Virus record (IMG/VR): IMGVR_UViG_2711768012_000002
DNA length: 6,392 bases
Strand: one strand, 5' to 3'
Origin: a virus
Taxonomy: Duplodnaviria > Heunggongvirae > Uroviricota > Caudoviricetes
The stretch's first letter is position 1. The number at the start of each line of letters is the position of its first letter. Positions 1-6,392 of the stretch are shown piece by piece. Position numbers and translations under genes: made by a program. The notes below the pieces were generated by a model. The model was not told where the DNA came from, searched no databases, and saw only the letters and a program-made list of their open reading frames with translations.

Positions 1-980
1 AGGACGGCTATCCTGGCTGGATGCCGCAGAAATGGACATGGATACCCCGTGAGTTACCCGGCGGGCGCGCCTCGTTCATTCACGTTTTTGAACCCGTGGA
101 GGACGGGCAGACCCGCGGTGCAAATGTGTTTTACAGCGTAATGGAGCAGATGAAGATGCTCGACACGCTGCAGAACACGCAGCTGCAGAGCGCCATTGTG
201 AAGGCGATGTATGCCGCCACCATTGAAAGTGAGCTGGATACGCAGTCAGCGATGGATTTTATTCTGGGCGCGAACAGTAAGGAGCAGCGGGAAAGGCTGA
301 CGGGCTGGATTGGTGAAATTGCCGCGTATTACGCCGCAGCACCGGTCCGTCTGGGAGGCGCAAAAGTGCCGCACCTGATGCCGGGGGACTCACTGAACCT
401 GCAGACGGCTCAGGACACGGATAACGGCTACTCCGTGTTTGAGCAGTCACTGTTGCGGTATATCGCTGCCGGGCTGGGTGTCTCGTATGAGCAACTTTCC
501 CGGAATTACGCCCAGATGAGCTACTCCACGGCACGGGCCAGTGCGAACGAGTCGTGGGCGTACTTTATGGGGCGGCGAAAATTCGTCGCATCCCGTCAGG
601 CGAGCCAGATGTTTCTGTGCTGGCTGGAAGAGGCCATCGTTCGCCGCGTGGTGACGTTACCTTCAAAAGCGCGCTTCAGTTTTCAGGAAGCCCGCAGTGC
701 CTGGGGGAACTGCGACTGGATAGGCTCCGGTCGTATGGCCATCGATGGTCTGAAAGAAGTTCAGGAAGCGGTGATGCTGATAGAAGCCGGACTGAGCACC
801 TACGAGAAAGAGTGCGCGAAACGCGGTGACGACTATCAGGAAATTTTTGCCCAGCAGGTCCGTGAAACGATGGAGCGCCGCGCAGCTGGTCTTAAACCGC
901 CCGCCTGGGCGGCTGCAGCATTTGAATCCGGGCTGCGACAATCAACAGAGGAGGAGAAGAGTGACAGCAGAGCTGCGTAA
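1..980 (+). CDS. B: Portal protein gpB, C-terminal part (5' end lies upstream of the window); open frame runs from position 3 to TAA at 978..980
   Basis: Uninterrupted frame to the window start; the 319-aa ORF-track translation (MPQKWTWIPRELPGG...SDSRAA) matches my recollection of the lambda portal protein C-terminus. Stop overlaps the downstream GTG start of C by 20 nt, as in lambda. Confidence 0.93.
   Translation, partial: DGYPGWMPQKWTWIPRELPGGRASFIHVFEPVEDGQTRGANVFYSVMEQMKMLDTLQNTQLQSAIVKAMYAATIESELDTQSAMDFILGANSKEQRERLTGWIGEIAAYYAAAPVRLGGAKVPHLMPGDSLNLQTAQDTDNGYSVFEQSLLRYIAAGLGVSYEQLSRNYAQMSYSTARASANESWAYFMGRRKFVASRQASQMFLCWLEEAIVRRVVTLPSKARFSFQEARSAWGNCDWIGSGRMAIDGLKEVQEAVMLIEAGLSTYEKECAKRGDDYQEIFAQQVRETMERRAAGLKPPAWAAAAFESGLRQSTEEEKSDSRAA
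948..955 (+). promoter_or_regulatory. Shine-Dalgarno AGGAGGAG for gene C, embedded in the 3' end of the portal gene
   Basis: AGGAGGAG at 948..955, followed by a 5-nt spacer and GTG at 961. Confidence 0.7.
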
Positions 981-2280
981 TCTCCCGCATATTGCCAGCA
1001 TGGCCTTTAATGAGCCGCTGATGCTTGAACCCGCCTATGCGCGGGTTTTCTTTTGTGCGCTAGCAGGCCAGCTTGGGATCAGCCGCCTGACGGATGCGGT
1101 GTCCGGCGACAGCCTGACTGCCCAGGAGGCACCCGCGACGCTGGCATTATCCGGTGATGATGACGGACCACGACAGGCCCGCAGTTATCAGGTAATGAAC
1201 GGCATCGCCGTGCTGCCGGTGTCCGGCACGCTGGTCAGCCGGACGCGGGCGCTGCAGCCGTACTCGGGGATGACCGGTTACAACGGCATTATCGCCCGTC
1301 TGCAACAGGCTGCCAGCGACCCGATGGTGGACGGCATTCTGCTCGATATGGACACACCGGGCGGAATGGTGGCGGGAGCATTTGACTGCGCTGACATCAT
1401 CGCCCGTGTGCGTGACATAAAGCCGGTATGGGCGCTGGCCAATGACATGAACTGCAGCGCAGGTCAGCTGCTTGCCAGTGCCGCCTCCCGGCGTCTGGTC
1501 ACGCAGACCGCCCGGACAGGCTCCATCGGCGTCATGATGGCTCACAGTAATTACGGCGCTGCGCTGGAGAAACAGGGCGTGGAAATCACGCTGATTTACA
1601 GCGGCAGCCATAAGGTGGATGGCAACCCCTACAGCCATCTACCGGATGACGTCCGGGAAACACTGCAGTCCCGGATGGATGCAACCCGCCGGATGTTTGC
1701 ACAGAAGGTGTCGGCATATACCGGCCTGTCCGTGCAGGCTGTGCTGGATACCGAGGCTGCAGTGTACAGCGGTCAGGAGGCCATTGATGCCGGACTGGCT
1801 GATGAACTTGTCAACAGCACCGATGCGATCACCGTCATGCGTGATGCGCTGGATGCACGTAAATCCCGTCTCTCAGGAGGGCGAATGACCAAAGAGACTC
1901 AATCAACAACTGTTTCAGCCACTGCTTTGCAGGCTGACGTTACTGACGTGGTGCCAGCGACGGAGGGTGAAAACGCCAGCGCGGCGCAGCCGGACGTGAA
2001 CGCGCAGATCACCGCAGCGGTTGCGGCAGAAAACAGCCGCATTATGGGGATCCTCAACTGTGAGGAGGCTCACGGACGCGAAGAACAGGCTCGCGTGCTG
2101 GCAGAAACTCCCGGTATGACCGTGGAAACGGCCCGCCGAATTCTGGCCGCAGCACCACAGAGTGCACAGACGCGCAGTGACACTGCGCTGGATCGTCTGA
2201 TGCAGGGGGCACCGGCACCGCTGGCTGCAGGTAACCCGGCATCTGATGCCGTTAACGATTTGCTGAACACACCAGTGTAA
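961..2280 (+). CDS. C: Prohead protease gpC (S49/SppA-like serine protease), 439 aa, GTG start
   Basis: GTG at 961 preceded by AGGAGGAG; translation VTAELRNLPHIASMAFNEPLMLEPAYARVFF... to ...DAVNDLLNTPV, TAA at 2278..2280. Length of 439 aa matches lambda gpC. Contains the NDMNCSAGQLLASAA motif with the candidate catalytic Ser166 codon AGC at 1456..1458. The ORF-track start at 826 is an upstream in-frame extension that overlaps B. Confidence 0.92.
   Translation: MTAELRNLPHIASMAFNEPLMLEPAYARVFFCALAGQLGISRLTDAVSGDSLTAQEAPATLALSGDDDGPRQARSYQVMNGIAVLPVSGTLVSRTRALQPYSGMTGYNGIIARLQQAASDPMVDGILLDMDTPGGMVAGAFDCADIIARVRDIKPVWALANDMNCSAGQLLASAASRRLVTQTARTGSIGVMMAHSNYGAALEKQGVEITLIYSGSHKVDGNPYSHLPDDVRETLQSRMDATRRMFAQKVSAYTGLSVQAVLDTEAAVYSGQEAIDAGLADELVNSTDAITVMRDALDARKSRLSGGRMTKETQSTTVSATALQADVTDVVPATEGENASAAQPDVNAQITAAVAAENSRIMGILNCEEAHGREEQARVLAETPGMTVETARRILAAAPQSAQTRSDTALDRLMQGAPAPLAAGNPASDAVNDLLNTPV
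1675..2280 (+). CDS. Nu3: Scaffolding protein Nu3, nested in-frame in the 3' part of C and sharing its stop; start ambiguous (ATG 1675 giving 201 aa, or ATG 1885 giving 131 aa)
   Basis: In-frame ATG at 1675 corresponds to the lambda Nu3 coordinate as I recall it (5132). A second in-frame ATG at 1885 has a canonical AGGAGG Shine-Dalgarno at 1875..1880 and would give a 131-aa product (MTKETQSTTVSATALQ...). The C-terminus is shared with gpC. Confidence 0.6.
   Translation: MDATRRMFAQKVSAYTGLSVQAVLDTEAAVYSGQEAIDAGLADELVNSTDAITVMRDALDARKSRLSGGRMTKETQSTTVSATALQADVTDVVPATEGENASAAQPDVNAQITAAVAAENSRIMGILNCEEAHGREEQARVLAETPGMTVETARRILAAAPQSAQTRSDTALDRLMQGAPAPLAAGNPASDAVNDLLNTPV
1875..1880 (+). promoter_or_regulatory. 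Internal Shine-Dalgarno AGGAGG inside gene C, 4 nt upstream of the in-frame ATG at 1885 (candidate Nu3 initiation site)
   Basis: tctcAGGAGGgcgaATGacc read directly from the sequence. Confidence 0.6.
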
Positions 2281-2289
2281 GGGATGTTT

Positions 2290-2622
2290 ATGACGAGCAA
2301 AGAAACCTTTACCCATTACCAGCCGCTGGGCAACAGTGACCCGGCTCATACCGCAACCGCGCCCGGCGGATTGAGTGCGAAAGCGCCTGCAATGACCCCG
2401 CTGATGCTGGACACCTCCACCCGTAAGCTGGTTGCGTGGGATGGCACCACCGACGGTGCTGCCGTTGGCATTCTTGCGGTTGCTGCTGACCAGACCAGCA
2501 CCACACTGACGTTCTACAAGTCCGGCACGTTCCGTTATGAGGATGTGCTCTGGCCGGAGGCTGCCAGCGACGAGACGAAAAAACGGACCGTGTTTGCCNN
2601 NNNNNNNNNNNNNNNNNNNNNN
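2290..2622 (+). CDS. D: Head decoration protein gpD; last ~8 codons including the stop are hidden by the N run starting at 2599, so the end coordinate is inferred
   Basis: ATG at 2290 with AAGGGA 5 nt upstream; translation [27 protein letters not shown]...[10 protein letters not shown] matches lambda gpD (110 aa) up to the mask. An alternative ATG at 2284 would add MF. Confidence 0.85.
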
Positions 2623-2811
2623 NNNNNNNNNNNNNNNNNNNNNNNNNNNNNNNNNNNNNNNNNNNNNNNNNNNNNNNNNNNNNNNNNNNNNNNNNNNNNN
2701 NNNNNNNNNNNNNNNNNNNNNNNNNNNNNNNNNNNNNNNNNNNNNNNNNNNNNNNNNNNNNNNNNNNNNNNNNNNNNNNNNNNNNNNNNNNNNNNNNNNN
2801 NNNNNNNNNNN
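2599..2811. other. Run of 213 N (masked or unsequenced); hides the gpD C-terminus, the D-E intergenic region and the N-terminal part of gpE
   Basis: Literal n characters in the sequence. Confidence 1.
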
Positions 2812-2812
2812 G

Positions 2813-3433
2813 CTCAAGGGCAAATACACCATGACCGGTGAAGCCTTCGATCCGGTTGAGGTGGATATGGGCCGCAGTGCGGCGAACAACATCACGCAGT
2901 CCGGCGGTACGGAGTGGAGCAAGCGTGACAAGTCCACGTATGACCCGACCGACGATATCGAAGCCTACGCGCTGAACGCCAGCGGTGTGGTGAATATCAT
3001 CGTGTTCGATCCGAAAGGCTGGGCGCTGTTCCGTTCCTTCAAAGCCGTCAAGGAGAAGCTGGATACCCGTCGCGGCTCTCATTCCGAGCTGGAGACAGCG
3101 GTAAAAGACCTGGGCAAAGCGGTGTCCTATAAGGGAATGTATGGCGATGTGGCCATCGTCGTGTATTCCGGACAGTACGTGGAAAACGGCGTCAAAAAGA
3201 ACTTCCTGCCGGACAACACGATGGTGCTGGGGAACACTCAGGCTCGCGGTCTGCGCACCTNNNNNNNNNNNNNNNNNNNNNNNNNNNNNNNNNNNNNNNN
3301 NNNNNNNNNNNNNNNNNNNNNNNNNNNNNNNNNNNNNNNNNNNNNNNNNNNNNNNNNNNNNNNNNNNNNNNNNNNNNNNNNNNNNNNNNNNNNNNNNNNN
3401 NNNNNNNNNNNNNNNNNNNNNNNNNNNNNNNNN
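2813..3433 (+). CDS. E: Major capsid protein gpE, internal fragment; readable from 2813 to 3259 (about residues 136-284 of a 341-aa protein). The 5' end is lost in the first N run and the 3' end at ~3433 is inferred inside the second N run.
   Basis: Translation LKGKYTMTGEAFDPVEVDMGRSAANNITQSGGTEWSKRDKSTYDPTDDIEAYALNASGVVNIIVFDPKGWALFRSFKAVKEKLDTRRGSHSELETAVKDLGKAVSYKGMYGDVAIVVYSGQYVENGVKKNFLPDNTMVLGNTQARGLRT matches lambda gpE (HK97 fold). The 3' end assumes 57 further codons plus a stop with no indels. Confidence 0.85.
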
Positions 3434-3510
3434 NNNNNNNNNNNNNNNNNNNNNNNNNNNNNNNNNNNNNNNNNNNNNNNNNNNNNNNNNNNNNNNNNNN
3501 NNNNNNNNNN
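3261..3510. other. Run of 250 N (masked or unsequenced); hides the gpE C-terminus, the E-FI intergenic region and about the first 15 codons of gpFI
   Basis: Literal n characters in the sequence. Confidence 1.
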
Positions 3511-3864
3511 CAATTGAACCGCGATGTCAGTTTGACGGGAACGAAAGAAGAACTGGCGCTTCGTGTGGCAGAGCTGGAAGAAGAGCTTGATGACACGGAT
3601 GAAACTGCCGGTCAGGACACCCCTCTCAGCCGGGAAAATGTGCTGACCGGGCATGAAAATGAGGTGGTATCAGCGCAGCCGGATACCGTGATTCAGGATA
3701 CGGCTGAACTGGTCACGGTCGTGGCACTGGTGACGCTGCATACTGATGCACTTCACGCCACGCGGGATAAACCTGTGGCATTTGTGCTGCCGGGAACGGC
3801 GTTTCGTGTCTCTGCCGGTGTGGCAGCCGAAATGACAGAGCGCGGCCTGGCCAGAATGCAATAA
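3466..3864 (+). CDS. FI: DNA-packaging / head assembly protein gpFI; start inferred inside the N run, readable from 3511
   Basis: Readable translation QLNRDVSLTGTKEELALRVAELEEELDDTDETAGQDTPLSRENVLTGHENE...AAEMTERGLARMQ, TAA at 3862..3864, matches lambda gpFI residues ~16-132. The start is placed 15 codons upstream assuming a lambda-like N-terminus. Confidence 0.82.
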   Translation, partial: XXXXXXXXXXXXXXXQLNRDVSLTGTKEELALRVAELEEELDDTDETAGQDTPLSRENVLTGHENEVVSAQPDTVIQDTAELVTVVALVTLHTDALHATRDKPVAFVLPGTAFRVSAGVAAEMTERGLARMQ

Positions 3865-3875
3865 CGGGAGGCGCT

Positions 3876-4229
3876 GTGGCTGATTTCGATAACCTGTTCG
3901 ATGCTGCCATTGCCCGCGCCGATGAAACGATACGCGGGTACATGGGAACGTCAGCCACCATGACATCCGGTGAGCAGTCAGGTGCGGTGATACGTGGTGT
4001 TTTTGATGACCCTGAAAATATCAGCTATGCCGGACAGGGCGTGCGCGTTGAAGGCTCCAGCCCGTCCCTGTTTGTCCGGACTGATGAGGTGCGGCAGCTG
4101 CGGCGTGGAGACACGCTGACCATCGGTGAGGAAAATTTCTGGGTAGATCGGGTTTCGCCGGATGATGGCGGAAGTTGTCATCTCTGGCTTGGACGGGGCG
4201 TACCGCCTGCCGTTAACCGTCGCCGCTGA
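3876..4229 (+). CDS. FII: Head-tail joining protein gpFII, 117 aa, GTG start
   Basis: GGGAGG at 3866..3871 followed by GTG at 3876; translation (M)ADFDNLFDAAIARADETIRGYMGTSAT...LGRGVPPAVNRRR, TGA at 4227..4229; matches lambda gpFII. Confidence 0.94.
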   Translation: MADFDNLFDAAIARADETIRGYMGTSATMTSGEQSGAVIRGVFDDPENISYAGQGVRVEGSSPSLFVRTDEVRQLRRGDTLTIGEENFWVDRVSPDDGGSCHLWLGRGVPPAVNRRR

Positions 4230-4240
4230 AAGGGGGATGT

Positions 4241-4819
4241 ATGGCCATAAAAGGTCTTGAGCAGGCCGTTGAAAACCTCAGCCGTATCAGCAAAACGGCG
4301 GTGCCCGGTGCCGCCGCAATGGCCATTAACCGCGTTGCTTCATCCGCGATATCGCAGTCTGCGTCACAGGTTGCCCGTGAGACAAAGGTACGCCGGAAAC
4401 TGGTAAAGGAAAGGGCCAGGCTGAAAAGGGCCACGGTCAAAAATCCGCAGGCCAGAATCAAAGTTAACCGGGGGGATTTGCCCGTAATCAAGCTGGGTAA
4501 TGCGCGGGTTGTCCTGTCCCGCCGCAGGCGTCATAAAAAGGGGCAGCGTTCATCCCTGAAAGGTGGCGGCAGCGTGCTTGTGGTGGGTAACCGTCGTATT
4601 CCCGGCGCGTTTATTCAGCAACTGAAAAATGGCCGGTGGCATGTCATGCAGCGTGTGGCCGGGAAAAACCGTTACCCCATTGATGTGGTGAAAATCCCGA
4701 TGGCGGTGCCGCTGACCACGGCGTTTAAACAAAATATTGAGCGGATACGGCGTGAACGTCTTCCGAAAGAGCTGGGCTATGCGCTGCAGCATCAACTGAG
4801 AATGGTAATAAAGCGATGA
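4241..4819 (+). CDS. Z: Tail completion protein gpZ, 192 aa
   Basis: AAAGGGGG upstream, ATG at 4241; translation MAIKGLEQAVENLSRISKTAVPGAAAMAINRV...[11 protein letters not shown]; stop TGA at 4817..4819 overlaps the U start (ATGA); matches lambda gpZ. Confidence 0.94.
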   Translation: MAIKGLEQAVENLSRISKTAVPGAAAMAINRVASSAISQSASQVARETKVRRKLVKERARLKRATVKNPQARIKVNRGDLPVIKLGNARVVLSRRRRHKKGQRSSLKGGGSVLVVGNRRIPGAFIQQLKNGRWHVMQRVAGKNRYPIDVVKIPMAVPLTTAFKQNIERIRRERLPKELGYALQHQLRMVIKR

Positions 4820-5211
4820 AACATACTGAACTCCGTGCAGCCGTACTGGATGCACTGGAGAAGCATGACACCGGGGCGACGCTTTTTGATGGTCGCCCCG
4901 CTGTTTTTGATGAGGAAGATTTTCCGGCAATTGCCGTTTATCTCACCGGCGCTGAATACACGGGCGAAGAGCTGGACAGCGATACCTGGCAGGCGGAGCT
5001 GCATATTGAAGTTTTCCTGCCTGCTCAGGTGCCGGATTCAGAGCTGGATTCGTGGATGGAGTCCCGGATTTATCCTGTGATGAGCGATATCCCGGCACTG
5101 TCAGATTTGATCACCAGTATGGTGGCCAGCGGCTATGACTACCGGCGCGACGATGATGCGGGCCTGTGGAGTTCAGCCGATCTGACTTATGTCATTACCT
5201 ATGAAATGTGA
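4816..5211 (+). CDS. U: Tail tube terminator protein gpU, 131 aa
   Basis: ATG at 4816 overlaps the Z stop; translation [52 protein letters not shown]...LTYVITYEM; TGA at 5209..5211; matches lambda gpU. Confidence 0.94.
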   Translation: MKHTELRAAVLDALEKHDTGATLFDGRPAVFDEEDFPAIAVYLTGAEYTGEELDSDTWQAELHIEVFLPAQVPDSELDSWMESRIYPVMSDIPALSDLITSMVASGYDYRRDDDAGLWSSADLTYVITYEM

Positions 5212-5218
5212 GGACGCT

Positions 5219-5959
5219 ATGCCTGTACCAAATCCTACAATGCCGGTGAAAGGTGCCGGGACCACCCTGTGGGTTTATAAGGGGAGCGGTGACCCTTATG
5301 CGAACCCGCTTTCAGACGTTGACTGGTCGCGTCTGGCAAAAGTTAAAGACCTGACGCCCGGCGAACTGACCGCTGAGTCCTATGACGACAGCTATCTCGA
5401 TGATGAAGATGCGGACTGGACTGCGACCGGGCAGGGGCAGAAATCTGCCGGAGATACCAGCTTCACGCTGGCGTGGATGCCCGGAGAGCAGGGGCAGCAG
5501 GCGCTGCTGGCGTGGTTTAATGAAGGTGATACCCGTGCCTATAAAATCCGCTTCCCGAACGGCACGGTCGATGTGTTCCGTGGCTGGGTCAGCAGTATCG
5601 GTAAGGCGGTGACGGCGAAGGAGGTGATTACCCGCACGGTGAAGGTCACCAATGTGGGACGTCCGTCGATGGCAGAAGATCGCAGCACGGTGACGGCGAC
5701 GACCGGCATGACGGTGACACCCGCCAGTGCTTCCGTAGTGAAAGGGCAGAGCACCACGCTGACCGTGGCATTCCAGCCGGATGGCGCAACCGACAAGAGC
5801 TTCCGTGCGGTGTCTGCGGATAAAACAAAAGCCACCGTGTCGGTCAGTGGTATGACCATCACCGTGAAAGGTGTTGCTGCAGGCAAGGTCAACATTCCGG
5901 TCGTATCTGGTAATGGTGAGTTTGCTGCGGTTGCAGAAATCAACGTCACCGCCAGTTAA
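5219..5959 (+). CDS. V: Major tail tube protein gpV, 246 aa, with a C-terminal Ig-like (Big_2-type) domain at about 5696..5956
   Basis: GAGGA at 5210..5214 followed by ATG at 5219; translation [42 protein letters not shown]...AEINVTAS; TAA at 5957..5959. The ORF-track start at 5189 is an unsupported upstream extension that overlaps U. Confidence 0.93.
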   Translation: MPVPNPTMPVKGAGTTLWVYKGSGDPYANPLSDVDWSRLAKVKDLTPGELTAESYDDSYLDDEDADWTATGQGQKSAGDTSFTLAWMPGEQGQQALLAWFNEGDTRAYKIRFPNGTVDVFRGWVSSIGKAVTAKEVITRTVKVTNVGRPSMAEDRSTVTATTGMTVTPASASVVKGQSTTLTVAFQPDGATDKSFRAVSADKTKATVSVSGMTITVKGVAAGKVNIPVVSGNGEFAAVAEINVTAS

Positions 5960-5974
5960 TCCGGAGAGTCAGCG

Positions 5975-6392
5975 ATGTTCCTGAAAACCGAATCATTTGA
6001 ACATAACGGTGTGACCGTCACGCTTTCTGAACTGTCAGCCCTGCAGCGTATTGAGCATCTCGACCTGATGAAACGGCAGGCAGAACAGGCGGAGTCAGAC
6101 AGCAACCGGAAGTTTACTGTGGAAGACGCCATCAGAACCGGCGCTTTTGTGGTTGCGATGTCCCTGTGGCATAACCATCCGAAGAAGACGCAGATGCCGT
6201 CCATGAATGAAGCCGTTAAACAGATTGAGCAGGAAGTGCTTACCACCTGGCCCACAGAGGCAATTTCTCATGCTGAAAACGTGGTGTACCGGCTGTCCGG
6301 TATGTATGAGTTTGTGGTGAATGATGCTCCTGAACAGGCAGAGGACGCCGGGCCTGCAGAGCCTGTTTCTGCGGGAAAGTGTTCGACGGTGA
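5975..6392 (+). CDS. G: Tail assembly chaperone gpG, 3' partial (139 of ~140 codons in the window; stop lies just beyond the window end)
   Basis: GGAGA at 5963..5967 followed by ATG at 5975; translation MFLKTESFEHNGVTVTLSELSALQRIEHLDLMKRQAEQAESDSNRKF...PAEPVSAGKCSTV with no stop before the window end. Missing from the ORF track only because it has no in-window stop. Confidence 0.92.
   Translation, partial: MFLKTESFEHNGVTVTLSELSALQRIEHLDLMKRQAEQAESDSNRKFTVEDAIRTGAFVVAMSLWHNHPKKTQMPSMNEAVKQIEQEVLTTWPTEAISHAENVVYRLSGMYEFVVNDAPEQAEDAGPAEPVSAGKCSTV
6373..6379 (+). promoter_or_regulatory. Programmed -1 ribosomal frameshift slippery heptamer G_GGA_AAG (gpG to gpGT fusion)
   Basis: In the G frame the codons are GCG GGA AAG (6371..6379), giving GGGAAAG at 6373..6379 at the position of the known lambda G-T frameshift site near the 3' end of G. 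Confidence 0.8.

Noticed and set aside
826-960. ORF-track start for the 484-aa ORF at ATG 826, upstream of the C gene
   Set aside because: This is an in-frame upstream extension lying wholly inside the portal gene in another frame. The GTG at 961 has a strong AGGAGGAG Shine-Dalgarno and gives the lambda-length 439-aa gpC.
2284-2289. Alternative D start at ATG 2284 (MFMTSKE...)
   Set aside because: It is only 3 nt after the C stop, so the AAGGGA Shine-Dalgarno would overlap it; ATG 2290 has proper spacing and matches the lambda gpD N-terminus MTSKET.
1915-3654. Large minus-strand and plus-strand ORFs containing long runs of X (1915..2937, 2309..3082, 3192..3596, 3238..3654, 2537..3517, 3141..3590)
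   Set aside because: They are artefacts of translating through the N runs, which cannot contain stops, and they lie antisense to or out of frame with confidently identified capsid genes.
5189-5218. ORF-track start for V at ATG 5189 ([10 protein letters not shown]...)
   Set aside because: It overlaps the 3' end of U and has no ribosome-binding site. The ATG at 5219 has GAGGA upstream and gives the 246-aa gpV beginning [10 protein letters not shown].
554-5612. Plus-strand out-of-frame ORFs (554..829, 1619..1888, 4835..5080, 5382..5612)
   Set aside because: They are embedded in alternative frames of B, C, U and V with no ribosome-binding sites; arginine-rich low-complexity translations typical of off-frame GC-rich DNA.
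259-5949. Minus-strand ORFs inside known genes (259..534, 663..941, 1147..1638, 2054..2300, 3670..3966, 3978..4181, 4213..4491, 4550..4930, 4792..5004, 5539..5949, 5646..5828)
   Set aside because: They are antisense to strongly supported lambda-type structural genes in GC-rich sequence where long spurious ORFs are expected; none has a recognisable start context or matches a known protein.
5956-6255. Minus-strand 99-aa ORF overlapping gene G
   Set aside because: It is antisense to gpG, which matches lambda strongly on the + strand; no supporting signals.
6390-6392. Terminal tga at the window end as the G stop codon
   Set aside because: It is not in the G frame (G codons run ...ACG GTG A); the true stop lies a few nt beyond the window.
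1-6392. Scan for tRNA, CRISPR repeats, inverted-repeat-bounded mobile elements and tandem repeats
   Set aside because: No periodic direct repeats, terminal inverted repeats or tRNA-like structures were apparent, and the coding density leaves no room for them outside the N runs.

Overview
This window is the head-to-tail morphogenesis (late) module of a lambda-like siphophage or prophage, with near-identical gene content, order and protein sequences to Enterobacteria phage lambda. All genes are on the + strand and tightly packed: portal gpB (C-terminal part), prohead protease gpC with the in-frame nested scaffold Nu3, decoration protein gpD, major capsid gpE, gpFI, head-tail joining gpFII, tail completion gpZ, tail terminator gpU, major tail tube gpV and tail assembly chaperone gpG (3' truncated by the window end). 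Two N runs (2599..2811 and 3261..3510) hide the D/E junction and the E/FI junction. The conserved G-T -1 frameshift heptamer GGGAAAG lies 14 nt from the window end. I see no RNA genes, CRISPR array, insertion sequence, defence system or cargo gene in the readable sequence, and no evidence for a novel system; this is a well-characterised structural operon. The points worth checking are the first N run, which is about 270 nt too short to hold the missing D/E sequence, and the ambiguous Nu3 start. All comparisons to lambda are from memory of the reference proteins and coordinates, not from a database search.
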